Shown: piece by piece, positions 22,369-33,512 of the stretch | How positions within the stretch are numbered: position 1 is the first letter of the stretch | How the letters are laid out: every line of letters begins with the position of its first letter | NCBI GenBank assembly: GCA_048128005.1 | Contig: JBEUKZ010000062.1 | Coordinates: 62,001 to 126,000, forward strand | Reading direction: 5' to 3' | Length of the DNA: 64,000 bases | Source: Veleropilina oligotropha | Lineage: Eukaryota | Made by a program: the position numbers and the translations under genes | The notes under the pieces: generated by a model | The model's input: the letters and a program-made list of their open reading frames with translations, nothing else | Database searches by the model: none | What the model was told of the DNA's origin: nothing

Positions 22369-23673
22369 ATGTCCAGCATGTACGGACGCACGTTGGATCC
22401 ATACCGCAGAATGCGAGAGCCTCTTGGGGTGAAAGGGGTCCGCCAGTCGGTCACTATAACGAACAACCCCTCCACGATCGCCGCCAACCAGCAGCTGTTG
22501 GTTCGGTTCCCGAATCTCGGGACTCACGACGTTATCGTGCCAGGGACTGCCCACCTCGCATTCACCATTGCTCTGACCTCGGCTAACCCGAACAGGACTG
22601 TAGTTCAGAACATCGGACGCGCCGTGGTCAAGAAGACCACGATAAAGATCAGTGGGAACGAAGTCATGTCTATTGACGATTCCGACGTGTACCACTGCTA
22701 CTGCGATCTCTGGAAAACCGCAGGGGAGCGCACGAATGCCCAATATCAGGGTATTGATACCAGCGACAGCCACAACACTACGAAGAATCGTGTCGGCGCG
22801 GCAGACGCCTTCAGAAAGTCTGAGGACGTTGCCATCTCGGACGCTTACGGTCCGAGGTTCCGCATCCCTCTGGACTTCGAGTTGCTGGAGAGCCACATGC
22901 CGTTCTACCAGAGTGCGTTGGGGGACCGTCTTGAGTATGAGCTCACCTTCAACGACCACTCAAGGACGATCAGGGACACCGATGACCCCAGCTCCAGCTA
23001 CGTCATCGACAATATCAGCCTGGAATACGACATGGTCACTAATCTTGAGCTTGCCAGATTGATACAAAACCAATACTCGGGCCGCCTCACTATCCTGTAC
23101 GATCGTGTCCTGCGGCATCGTAAGATCACCAGAGACAAGAGTGACACTTTGTGGAATTTAAATTTGAATGTACCGGCGAAATCCATGAAGGGAATTTTAC
23201 TTCTGTTCGAGGATCCCGCGAGAGACGCCGCACCATTCACGAGGGACACCGAGGCCTTCTACAATCCGAAGATCACGAAGGTCGAGGTCACCATTGAGGG
23301 TGTGCCGAATCAAATATACAGCGCCGGAATGCGTTCCTACCAGATGTGGGACGAAGCCAGGAGATTCTTCGCCTCCTCCCCAAGCAGCAAGTGCCATCCT
23401 GAGGTGGCGTTGGTTGCCAAGGATTTGGAATTGGCGGACATCACCCTGGGCCAGTTTCTGACTAAGAAGTTCGCCTTATTGATAGATCTCCGGGTAACTG
23501 ACGACGACCAGCTGCATGGGTCAGGCCGGAAAGTAGATAACGCCAGCGAGGGCATCACCATCCAGATAACTAAGATAGGCGAGTCCGCAGGCCCGTTGAA
23601 CGTCTACGTGTTCGTGATAATGGATGCGCAACTGCATATTCAGGATGGCCGATTTGTCACCGCGCTATACTAA
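22369..23673 (+). CDS. Major capsid protein, double jelly-roll (copy B)
   Basis: 434 aa from MSSMYGR; beta-rich; RIPLDFELL and LEYELTFN segments; next to the packaging ATPase; size fits Polinton/PLV MCPs. Confidence 0.75.
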   Translation: MSSMYGRTLDPYRRMREPLGVKGVRQSVTITNNPSTIAANQQLLVRFPNLGTHDVIVPGTAHLAFTIALTSANPNRTVVQNIGRAVVKKTTIKISGNEVMSIDDSDVYHCYCDLWKTAGERTNAQYQGIDTSDSHNTTKNRVGAADAFRKSEDVAISDAYGPRFRIPLDFELLESHMPFYQSALGDRLEYELTFNDHSRTIRDTDDPSSSYVIDNISLEYDMVTNLELARLIQNQYSGRLTILYDRVLRHRKITRDKSDTLWNLNLNVPAKSMKGILLLFEDPARDAAPFTRDTEAFYNPKITKVEVTIEGVPNQIYSAGMRSYQMWDEARRFFASSPSSKCHPEVALVAKDLELADITLGQFLTKKFALLIDLRVTDDDQLHGSGRKVDNASEGITIQITKIGESAGPLNVYVFVIMDAQLHIQDGRFVTALY

Positions 23674-24253
23674 AAGACAGTTCCCGCACCCCAAGGACCC
23701 CCACAGCGCGATTATCTGCGGCCAGACGGGCTGTGGGAAGACGGTTTTCATACTTTCACTCCTGGAAGGAGTCTATCGAGGGGTGTTCCGGCATATCGTA
23801 ATCCTCTGCCCCACGATCAAGTTCAATAAGGCATACCAGTCCTGTCCGTGGATCTGGACTGACCCTGAGGTGTACATAATCCCCCCTGGTGAGCGACTCC
23901 ATGAATGGTTGCGGGGGTTCTACCGGCTTTTTCAGGGGGAGTCGACTCTGTACATCATCGACGACTGCGCCGCCAGCAGAGCCCTCGCCAAAAAACGGGA
24001 CATGTTGACTGCGTTGGCCTTCAGCGGCAGGCATGCCGAACAGAGCGTATGGGTAGTGACGCAAAAGTACAACTCAGTCTTGAAGGAGCTCAGAGAGCAG
24101 ACCCGCTGGGTCGCGCTGTTCCATTGCAAGGACCGCGACAGTTTCGAGGACTGTCTGCGCGAGAACGATGTAATCCCGTCGCAGGATGGCCGAGACCCGA
24201 CACGCTAAGCTTCTGTTGAAAACTGATCAGCCCGTTGCTTATAGTGTGCTTTA
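23645..24253 (+). pseudogene. A32/FtsK-like DNA packaging ATPase, C-terminal deletion/frameshift (copy B)
   Basis: Walker A GQTGCGKT, Walker B YIIDD, SGRH and VTQK motifs; segment missing near 24187 relative to copy C shifts the frame. Confidence 0.8.
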
Positions 24254-24285
24254 GCAAGCTGTAGTCTACTGAGCATCTACCCAGC

Positions 24286-24942
24286 ATGTCGGACGCGGTA
24301 TACATAGCTTTTGCTTTCAGCCAGAGCCTGATCTTGCTCCTACTTGCTACATTGTGGTATTGGATTTACAGTTATATTAGACCGGTGAGGCGATGCTGGA
24401 AATGCTTCAGGATGGACAGCCTCATCGATCAACTCATGGATGACGAACAAGAAACGACCATCACCGGCCATCGCTTGACTCCCGATGGCAAGGAACCTGT
24501 CAGTAACAGTGGAGTCGCAAGTTCCGTTTGCGCGGCAAAGCGTGAGAGGCTTGCAGCCTTAGCCGTTGGAGGACAGGCCCACCGATACATGGGGCGTAAC
24601 CTCACAGTGGACCGGATAGACGACATGTCCGATGAAGAGGTCGAAAAGCACCACGCGAGGTATGAAGCGAAACTCGGTGCCGATGTGACGAAGACTCTGG
24701 GTACTTCCGCTATTCATCTCTACGCGGGGGCAGCGGGGATGTTCCTGCCCATTCCACCACCAAACCAGTTACGACTGATCGCCGACCTGGAGGCCGACCC
24801 GTTCATCTCACATGCCCTGACCACTGCAAGCTGTGAGCTGTATTATAAATGGGGCATGTACCTCGCACCGCTGACCGCAGCGTTGACCACGGCTAAGCAC
24901 TGCCAATTTGGACATGTTTGCCCGCCTAAAATACCAGAGTGA
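24286..24942 (+). CDS. Hypothetical protein with N-terminal TM segment (copy B)
   Basis: 218 aa; homolog of 39550-40317. Confidence 0.65.
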   Translation: MSDAVYIAFAFSQSLILLLLATLWYWIYSYIRPVRRCWKCFRMDSLIDQLMDDEQETTITGHRLTPDGKEPVSNSGVASSVCAAKRERLAALAVGGQAHRYMGRNLTVDRIDDMSDEEVEKHHARYEAKLGADVTKTLGTSAIHLYAGAAGMFLPIPPPNQLRLIADLEADPFISHALTTASCELYYKWGMYLAPLTAALTTAKHCQFGHVCPPKIPE

Positions 24943-24955
24943 GGGCGAGATCAAG

Positions 24956-25450
24956 ATGACAACTCTGGAAGTGGGCCAAGTGATCGAGAGCCAGCCGATC
25001 GAGAGGGTGACTTCTTCGACGGATTCATCAGTGAGTAAAAAGGACCCTAAGAAGGTGGCTGCAGGGAGGGCCGGAGCTGCTGCGAGGAAGGTCAAGCAGG
25101 AGAGGCTACTGGCCGAGGTTCGAAAACTTAAGGAAGCCACCCGCACAGTTCCAGAACTACCGGAGGCACAGCCCCCAAAACAACAAAAACACAGTGGTAA
25201 TACCCCCCGGGGGGCCGAGATGACCGCGGTCGAAAAAGCAGTACAGTCAGCTACACGGAAATCGGACCCATTTAATTGGACCTATGGACTCTTCGCTGCC
25301 GGTACGGTTGCGTTGCTATTTGTTGTCTGGAAATGCAGCAGTGGTCCATCCACACCACATCAACAGCCACCAGCACCGGCGAGGCAGCCCACCCCCTCGA
25401 GGGCCACCACCGAATTGAAGAATGAGCACAACCCGTTCCATATGCGATAG
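24956..25450 (+). CDS. Basic protein (KDPKKVAAGRAG motif) with one TM (copy B)
   Basis: Homolog of 39156-39647. Confidence 0.65.
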   Translation: MTTLEVGQVIESQPIERVTSSTDSSVSKKDPKKVAAGRAGAAARKVKQERLLAEVRKLKEATRTVPELPEAQPPKQQKHSGNTPRGAEMTAVEKAVQSATRKSDPFNWTYGLFAAGTVALLFVVWKCSSGPSTPHQQPPAPARQPTPSRATTELKNEHNPFHMR

Positions 25451-25462
25451 TCTCAGTACAAC

Positions 25463-25702
25463 ATGACTACCCCGATTACTGACGGAAAGATGCTCGGCAA
25501 CGCCGTCTATCACGCAGCTATCGTGTCCGGCCTCGCCATAGGCTACGCACGCCTGATAAAGATGGCCTTCAAGGGGGCGAGCCCCAAGCTGGACTTCACC
25601 GGTTACGATGTCGGGATGGTGGTCCTCGACGTAGCGCTCGCCATGGCGACGAAAGATATGCTGATCAAGCAGGGCATCATTCCGGCCGACGTTTTGAAGT
25701 AG
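25463..25702 (+). CDS. Small hydrophobic protein, 79 aa (copy B)
   Basis: Near-identical to 38891-39130. Confidence 0.7.
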   Translation: MTTPITDGKMLGNAVYHAAIVSGLAIGYARLIKMAFKGASPKLDFTGYDVGMVVLDVALAMATKDMLIKQGIIPADVLK

Positions 25703-25732
25703 TGGGACCTGCTAGATAATCGCAGCATTTCA

Positions 25733-26161
25733 ATGGCTTCCATTGCGATGCTGGTTGGGGGCGCTCTCGTCAACGCCCTCGCCTTCAGCGGGTCCAACTT
25801 CCTCTTCTCGAAGCTACGCAGCTCCGGTGTTGATGCGGAGCGTAAACGCCACGACAAAGCCGTAGAGCAGCTCAACGCCGCTCAGACTAAATGGTCCCAG
25901 AAGCGGGCAGAGCGTCTCGACTGGCTGAACGTTTAACTTCGCCGCCAGGGTCATGCTGTTGGCACATTCCGGGATGTTGACGCCGCAATCCGTGAGTATG
26001 CCTTGATCACCGGCAAGAACCTTGACCCCGGCCTTGGAGGTGGCCCTGAGCCCCAGCTGTCCGACTACTACATGCCTAGTGATGGCCAGAAGGGACGTGA
26101 GATCACCTTCGTGATCCTGGGGATGGCTGCGACTGGGTTGGTAGCCTACAAGCTCGCCTAA
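25733..26161 (+). pseudogene. Small membrane protein with premature stop (copy B)
   Basis: TAA at 25934-25936 where copy C (38428-38859) has GAA. Confidence 0.7.
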
Positions 26162-26419
26162 TTTCCATGTTTGGACATTTTTTTCGTGGGCCAGGTATAA
26201 TAATGGGGCTCCCAGAAGAGCTGTACTGCGCCATGCTTGCGGTCAGCGGGGTGGGCCTTGGTACTACGTCACTCGACTGTTGGCGGCGCAACGAAAAGAC
26301 TATGGTGCGGTTCGCGGTCCTGGTGCTCTCGGGCCCGACCAACCTACGGGCGACGACTGCGCAGCGACCGGCTCCGGAAGCTGAAGCCTGTTGGAGACTG
26401 ATCAGTTTACTGGAATACA

Positions 26420-27466
26420 TTGCCAGTCTCGATGGCAGCGAAGCCCGGCAAAAGAACTCGGCGCGGAATGGACCGGAAGCTTGCAAATAGCTACTATAGC
26501 CCCCGAGGCTACTGGAAAGGGATCGCCGCGATAAAACATCTCTCGGCCGCAGTAGATGTCTCTGAAGACGTGGCCCGGGATTGGCTGAAGAAGCAGGCCA
26601 TCTGGCAAATCTATTTACCTGCGCCACGGCGGATTCCAAGACCAAAATTCAACGTCGAAACGCCGAACGAGGTTCACCAAGCCGACCTCCTGTTTCTCCC
26701 ACATGACAAGGTCGGTCGTAAAACGTACAAGTATGTGCCTACGGTTGTCGATGTGGCCAGTCGCTATAAAGAAGCTGAGCCATTGGCCACAAAAGAGGCC
26801 AAAGGGGTTGCTGAAGCTCTGTCTCGAATCTACAGGTGGAGTCCTCTTAGCTGGCCGAAATTGCTTCAGGTTGATCCAGGGCGGGAGTTTATGGGCGCGG
26901 TCTCCCAGCTGCTGGCAAAGAATAATGTCGAAGTTAGGCGTGGCCGTGTGGATCTCCATCGCGATCAAGGGATCGTGGAGCGCTTCAACCGGACGCTCGC
27001 TGAGCGGCTCTTCGGGCACCAGTATGCAACAGAGATGCGGTTTGCAGAGTCTGCGAAAGAGGGTCAAAGGTCAACTGAGTGGGTCGCCAGGCTGCCCGCC
27101 GTAGTTGCGGCCTTGAATGGGGAAGTGTCCCGCCTCACCGGTAAAAAGCCCAAGGACGCCATCAAGGCACCTCTCGTTGCCCAAAATCCCTCTTCCACTG
27201 TTCCAGGCCAACAGGGGAAGGAACAGAAACTCCCCTCTGATGTAGATGTTCGCTACCTATACCAACCCGGTGAGTTGGAGGGTGGTCGCCGCCGTGCCAC
27301 TGACCCGGTGTGGTCTTTGACGGTTCACAGGCTTGGACGCTCCGTCACTAAGCCTGACGAGCCTGTGCTCTACTACTTGCTCGATGGACCACTGCGTGGG
27401 TTTGTTCGAGAGGAACTGCTCGTGGTGCCTCGTGACACCCAGCTGCCGCCGGTTCTCAGGCGTTAA
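26420..27466 (+). CDS. Retroviral-like (rve) DDE integrase (copy B)
   Basis: HQADLLFL, VVDVASRY, LQVDPGREF, QGIVERFNRTL; likely start MDRKL near 26468. Confidence 0.9.
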   Translation: MPVSMAAKPGKRTRRGMDRKLANSYYSPRGYWKGIAAIKHLSAAVDVSEDVARDWLKKQAIWQIYLPAPRRIPRPKFNVETPNEVHQADLLFLPHDKVGRKTYKYVPTVVDVASRYKEAEPLATKEAKGVAEALSRIYRWSPLSWPKLLQVDPGREFMGAVSQLLAKNNVEVRRGRVDLHRDQGIVERFNRTLAERLFGHQYATEMRFAESAKEGQRSTEWVARLPAVVAALNGEVSRLTGKKPKDAIKAPLVAQNPSSTVPGQQGKEQKLPSDVDVRYLYQPGELEGGRRRATDPVWSLTVHRLGRSVTKPDEPVLYYLLDGPLRGFVREELLVVPRDTQLPPVLRR

Positions 27467-30400
27467 CAGCTGCTGCTCCCTCGTTTTCGGTTACATTCAA
27501 GGCACGTTAAGCGCACGTTGTCGCGGATGTGGCCCCTGCTGTTGTCCACACGGTCGACACTGAACTGCTGTGTGTCTTTGGGCTGGTAGGCCCAGAGCAG
27601 CTCTATGTTGCATGCCGCGCAGCGGTTGTTTTGGGCTTCTTTGAGCTGCAGGATGTCATCGACCTTGAGGTTAAGTCCCTGGAGTCCCTTTGCCTGGTCC
27701 TGGCGCTTGTACGCCACAAGCTTTTTCTGGATGGTCTTTCGGAGCTGTTGCTTGCTCTGCGGCGGCCTGTCCTCAGCTCCCTCATCCGGAGGACAGGTTA
27801 CCCGTTCGAGCTGACGCAGATGCTCCACCCGGGACACGGCTAGATAGGCGAGATTGCTCCACTGAAGGTAGTCGTCAATGATCCAGACTTTCTGTGGGTC
27901 GTGAATCGTAAGACCCTGGCTCGAATGGATGGTGAGAGCATAGCCCAGGCGCCAATCCGTGGTCTGAATAGCCCGCTCAGCGGCGTCAATGGTGACCTCG
28001 AGGACGTCGTTCAGAACTAGCTCCTCTCTTTCGTCGGTGCCCGGAATCGTTACCATGATGTTTTGCTTACGGGTGTCCCTGGGGTGGTACAGGATAGGTA
28101 CCAGGGAGTCTGGGAAGTGCTCCTTGTGCCTCTGGAGCAACAGCTGTTGAGCCCATTCGCGGACCTTCTGACGGCTGGTGAGGATTAGGTCGCCTGGTCT
28201 CCAGGTGTTGACGAACCGATCCCATCCGAGGCAGCAAGGGAGAGTCTTACGCATCTCGTCGCACTGGACTTTGTCGGGCTGGAGACGTATACGTCTTTTC
28301 AGGGCTTGGAGGGCAGGGTCGTCTTTCACCCTGTAGTCTACTTCGATCTCTTCATAGTAGTCCGCGGTCTTTCGCAGCCAGTCGTGCGGCATCTCGCCCG
28401 TAATCGGTGGTGGCTGGCCTTGATCGCCACAGCAGATAACCTGAACTTCGTGCTGGCCCAGCCAGTCCAAGAACATCTCGAGGATAGGCCGGGGAACAGT
28501 ACAGACCTCGTCCCAGATAATGATGCGGGGGATGAACTTCTGACCCATGCGATCAGGTGTCCAGTCATTCTGACCGCTCCATCGGAAGAAACTGTGGTAG
28601 GTCTGGGCTTTGACATTCCTGGTCCGCATCTCTTTAGCGAGGTGGTGCGTTGGCGTGAACACGATGGGATTTCTTGCCTGGATGAGCTCGATCGCTCTCG
28701 TAGTCTTGCCACAGCCCCCTCCACCGTTGAGGTAACTCAGGCGATGGTGGGTCAGCGTGTCATTGTAGCATGGCGCGGTGCTTGGCGGGAGGTCCTTCTC
28801 GGACTGCGTGTACTCCGGCTTGGCATGTATGCGGCATGTTCCTGTGGCATATACAGCTGTTCGCCCTTGTCACGCCACTGGGCTGGTGCTACTGGCGGAA
28901 GGTACGTCTCCCCGATCAGACAGGAGATGCAAGATTGGCTGCGACAGTCGCAGAGTTGGGGGGCAACGTACACCGTGACATCGTCGAGCTTCTCCAACGA
29001 GGCCTTCTTGAGGTAGATGCTGTCAGTGGCCACGCGGACGGCTTCTGCTGCACTGAAACGCTGGAGCATGCTCAAGAGGTTTATGTGGGCATAGGCCAAC
29101 ATCGATGCCCTCAGGTGGGCGTACTGAGGCTGGGAGCCATCATAATACGTGAGGATGTGCCCCATAGGGCACCTTTGCGGTGCGCCAACCAGGGTGCCGC
29201 TTTGGCGGGTGTCTCTTACAGGAAGTCGAGCTCTCCCTGGTCGGTCACCAGTCTACGAGTCAATCGCTTTCCGTCAGCTTTGGCGCCTTGGGTGAATTTG
29301 CCGATAATGCTGCAGCCCTGGTCACGATTCTCCGGAAGCCAGACATCAGTCTGCTTTTTGAATGCGATGATGGCCTCTCGGATCTTGAGGCTTTTTAGCA
29401 GTCCAGATTCTACGAGGTAGGTGAGCAGAGGCGTCGGGGCCCATCCATTCTCTGCAAAGTGCTTTCCGAACCAGGCGGGAATGACGGGGTGGGTGTCTTG
29501 TGCGAACTCCCATTCCACGACCTCAGCAAACCCGGTGCCGATATCTTCGGGAAGAGGACCGTTAATTGCGACCCGGGTCATGCTGTGGAGTGGGTGTCCG
29601 AATCTTTCGAAATAGGGCTTAGCCTCGCCCTTCCCCTGAAAGCTGGCAGGGTAGCAGGCTTTCATGTCGATGCAGCAGATATCTCTCGTGTCGTAATTCA
29701 TGGAATTCCAAAGGCCGCCGTGACCATGCTCTACGCAGGCCTTCTGGATATCATCGAGCAGGCTGGCCGGGGTAGGTTTCCAGCCGTTGTTCTCTTTGGC
29801 CATAATGCTAGCTGCATGGTTCACGCCAAAGGCCCGATCGGCAAGAGACTCATTCCCCAGAGCCTTACAGGCTTCTTGGAGTCTCTCGTGATCATCTTTT
29901 GTCCTGTACGTGCGGCCGTCCTGAAGCACGAACTGGTTCACGCTGAGCTGTCGGTCTGTACCGCCAAGGAGCCAGACAGCCAATGGCTCATTATGTGTGG
30001 CTTGTCGGATAGCTTCCCAGACATCGCCCTCATACAGGTGGACCTCGCGAGACTGCGGGAAATGAAGGTCCTTGGACCAGGCGTGGCCGTTGTGACAGAT
30101 GAGTTCTACGTTTCTGAATGTATGGTTTCCTTGACCACGGTATTTACCACTGTTGTAGATGTCGGCACCTGCGATGTCTCTCAAGATGATCGCCCGCTTC
30201 AGTATCTTCTCGAGGATGGATATATCATCCACAGTGGTGCCTGTTACATGGACTCGCTCTTCCCACTCCTGTATTTTCTGCCGCCTTGTCGGGGTGAGTC
30301 CGTTTCCTCTCAGGGCACCTTCGAAGTGCTCAACCACTCTTTGGGCAATGCAGTTGAGGTCGCCGTTCTTCATTGGGACCAGGTTGGCGGGGTTTGGTTC

Positions 30401-31366
30401 TCTGAGAGGGTAGAGGCCGTAGACGACTGCAGTGACCGGGTAGGCGTTCTCATAGTAGACTTTGTCGACCCCAGTGATAGCACCCGGCTTAGTGTCATGG
30501 GATATCTCAAAGACACCCTGGCCCTTCTTCCTCGCAGCTTTCACCGGGTCAAACTTGTCTTCGACCATCCAGTCACCTTCACCCCACTCACGCAAGAACT
30601 TGATTCTAAGGACATACTCGCCTTTTGGAAGGGCTGTGAGGAGCTGTGCCGCCCTCGCGTCTGTCATACGGGCATCCAGCGCTTCGATGCCGTGTTCGAT
30701 CTTAATGTCCACTTCTACCCTCCATGTGGAGAAGGCCGCCGCGGCGCCATCAACCTCAAACTCGTCTTTGGCGTTGTTCAAGAGTTCCACCCATGGCTCT
30801 TTTGCTGGGAGCCTTACTGGGGGAGGGGCCTGGTTATCCAGGTCGATGAACTGTTGCCCCTCTGTTGTGGTAAACGTCCCTAGAAGATCCTTCTGGTAGT
30901 CCTGGGCTGTCCGGGGCGTTTTGGAGAGGGAATAGTATTCATCCGAGGCTAAGTGATCTCTCAGAATATCGGGCCCCTTCTGAGCAATAGCCCCCGCAAG
31001 GGTCTCTTTCCGAGACCTAGTCAGACCGTGCAGGTGTGGCTTGACAATTCGATCCGTGATGGCGCGAAGCGGCTTCTGTCGAATCCCGGGCTTTTTCTCA
31101 GCCCTCGAGGTATATGTACGGACCTTGAGGGCCACCTCGACCTCGTCCTTAATCTGCTGCAATTCGCGAGCACGACGGCCTCTTTTGTGGGGGTTCTCCA
31201 CATCTCCACGTATGGAGGGGAACCTTCCCGTTTTCATCGCCCGCTCGAGTCTCCTCCGAAACTCGGCAGCACGGATCCTGGCGATTGCCCTGATGAGGTC
31301 GTGCTTCTTGAGCTTCGACCGAGCGGGAATCCCATAATCTTTCGCTAAACCACGCAGTTCATCCAT
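27463..31366 (-). pseudogene. PolB-SF1 helicase-HNH-like fusion with two frameshifts (copy B)
   Basis: ORFs 29216-31366, 28752-29165 and 27463-28662 align consecutively to 33513-37184; 1-bp losses near 29220 and 28820. Confidence 0.85.
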
Positions 31367-31402
31367 GTTGCTGGGCGGGTATACGTCATGCCAGTCACTT
31401 CT

Positions 31403-31684
31403 CTAATAGGAACTTTCCGTGTGGTAGATTGCAGCCATGCGGCGAAACTCTCTCCGGAAGGCCCTTTTCTTTCGTCCCCAGTCCCTATCGTTCTCAAGCT
31501 TATACCCACAGTCCTGACACAGCGTAAGCCGGTTTCTGACGCCTTGTCCGCATTTGCTGCAGGGCTTTGTGCCCCGTCCCTTTCGGAGCCGAGCCAGATG
31601 GACTTTGCAAAACTTTCTCAGACATCTCTTACCGCATAACTCCGTGGAGCTGATGGTGAGCCATTGACAGGTTCCGTTCCCCAC
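31403..31684 (-). CDS. Small Zn-finger protein (copy B)
   Basis: C..C..CKVH plus CSKC..CQDC; homolog of 33126-33464. Confidence 0.65.
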   Translation of the reverse strand: MGNGTCQWLTISSTELCGKRCLRKFCKVHLARLRKGRGTKPCSKCGQGVRNRLTLCQDCGYKLENDRDWGRKKRAFRREFRRMAAIYHTESSY

Positions 31685-31834
31685 ATCGTATCCTTTGCAG
31701 TGGGTATATCCTGTGATATGGGTATGTCTAAAAGCGAGCCCGGGCTGGCGAGGGTACCGGGCCGTCCCTACGGGCTCTTACTACATACTACTATATCGGC
31801 ATTTAGACACTGTGTAGTTATACTTGAAATCAAC

Positions 31835-31948
31835 ATGCCGCAGAAAGACGTTCCCAGGTTGCGCAGCGCGAAAAGTTCCCGCCGCCAGGCTCCTACCAAG
31901 GCTCCTGCCAAGGCCCCTGCCAAGGCTCCTGCCAAACGTCGTCCCTAG
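31835..31948 (+). CDS. Short basic peptide MPQKDVP...KAPAKAPAKAPAKRRP (copy B)
   Basis: Upstream sequence and N-terminus shared with 47177-47365. Confidence 0.35.
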   Translation: MPQKDVPRLRSAKSSRRQAPTKAPAKAPAKAPAKRRP

Positions 31949-32574
31949 TCCAGCAGCAGGGGGGGTCAGTAGACTTTTTAGAATGGGAAAATAAGGCTCC
32001 CAGCACCCGTTCAGGCTCCCAGGGTCGGGCTTGTATTATAACAGTCACCGTGTTTACATACAGCTCTGTCTGAAAACCAGGTTAGCTTATGCACAACAAT
32101 ACAATCCATAGTCTATTCAAATACTACCTGGTTGCCTAGTTACGTCGCGCACGACTGCGTATGACCTAGTAGAAAAGCTTGTTGTGGAGTGACTCACTGT
32201 TGGTATTCCCCTCGACTGAAATACATTATCCAGTATCAAATAAAGATTGACTGGATAATGTGGCCACATTATAATCAATGGACAGTTAACTAATTAAGGA
32301 TTCGGGATTTAATCGGCTTTACAATATGTCTAGAGTGTTGTAGGTTTTATTTTAATCAACGTAGTCTATGTTCAACGTTGTCGTGATTTAATATTCACAT
32401 CATAAGTGACGAGACACCTCCTCTCTTGCCTGCCATGGCTACCTGACTATATAAGAACTGTCAGGCTTTAGTATTTATAAGATCTGATGCATATGTCACA
32501 GCGACCTCCTCAGAATGCTTTCGCATGTTGCGTTTCGAATTCTTGAGGAAGAAGGCTGCGTGGAGAAAATGCCG

Positions 32575-32750
32575 AGAGATGGTCGAGAAGACACCCCAGG
32601 CTACGGCTGAAATACAAGGGGGCTTCAAGAGGGCCGAGAGATGGTCGAAGACACCCCAGGCTACGGCTGAAATACAAGGGGGCTTCAAGAGGGCCGACAG
32701 ATGGTCGAGAAGACACCCCAGGCTACGGCTGAAATACAAGGGGGCTTCAT
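32575..32750. repeat. Three ~60-bp repeats with conserved hairpin core (copy C)
   Basis: Same GAAGACACCCC...GGGGGCTTC core as 16872-17095. Confidence 0.85.
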
Positions 32751-33125
32751 TCCGTGCAAATTGCATGGCGAGATTGCAGCCAGTTTAGATAAATATATAA
32801 TTTCCGCTTGCGAGCGTGCAACTATCTGACGCACCGCCACAGCCGGTAGATAACAGTGAGAAATAATGCCCATGTTTACCGCGACATAGTGCTGGTATAT
32901 ACTAGGATCTTCATACCTCTAATAGGAAATCTGGGTCAGCAGCGAGCTGAACGGGCTAATAATAGACGCGTGTGGCGATAAGAGCAGCAGCATGAATGAG
33001 GCCACAGTAGACGGCTGAACGGGCTATTAATATATGCTAGGAAAGCCGGAAATGTGTTTGAGGACAGGGAATCCCCGAGCAGCTGTTATGTAAGTATGTA
33101 GTTCCCGCTGGTAGCGTGCAGTTGC

Positions 33126-33464
33126 ATGGCGATAAGTGTCCTATTAGATATACCCACATCACAGGATATACCCACTGCAAAGGATACGATGAAGGGCACA
33201 GACACCTGTCACTGGCTTACTATAAGCTCCACAGAACTATGTAGTAAGAGCTGTCTGAGAGAGTATTGCAAAGTCCACCTGGCTCGGCTACGGCGAAATG
33301 GCTGGGTCACAAAGCCCTGCATCAAATGCGGCAAAGGCGTCTTCAACCGGTTTACGTTGTGTAAGGGCTGTGGGTATAAGAGTGAGAACTCTATGGACTG
33401 GCAACGAAAGAAAAGTGCCTTCCGGAGAGAGTTTCTCCGCTTGGCTGCAATTTACCACACGTAA
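33126..33464 (+). CDS. Small Zn-finger protein (copy C)
   Basis: CHW..C..C..CKVH and CIKC..CKGC; true start may be the internal MKGTD. Confidence 0.65.
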   Translation: MAISVLLDIPTSQDIPTAKDTMKGTDTCHWLTISSTELCSKSCLREYCKVHLARLRRNGWVTKPCIKCGKGVFNRFTLCKGCGYKSENSMDWQRKKSAFRREFLRLAAIYHT

Positions 33465-33512
33465 ATTTCCTATTAGAGAAGTAAAGATCTTAGTGTATGC
33501 CCGCCCGGCAAC

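Noticed and set aside
29459..30883. 474-aa plus-strand ORF and similar long antisense ORFs (33762-34547, 35232-36326)
   Set aside because: They are shadow frames of the polymerase gene with no motifs, and are broken differently in the other copy.
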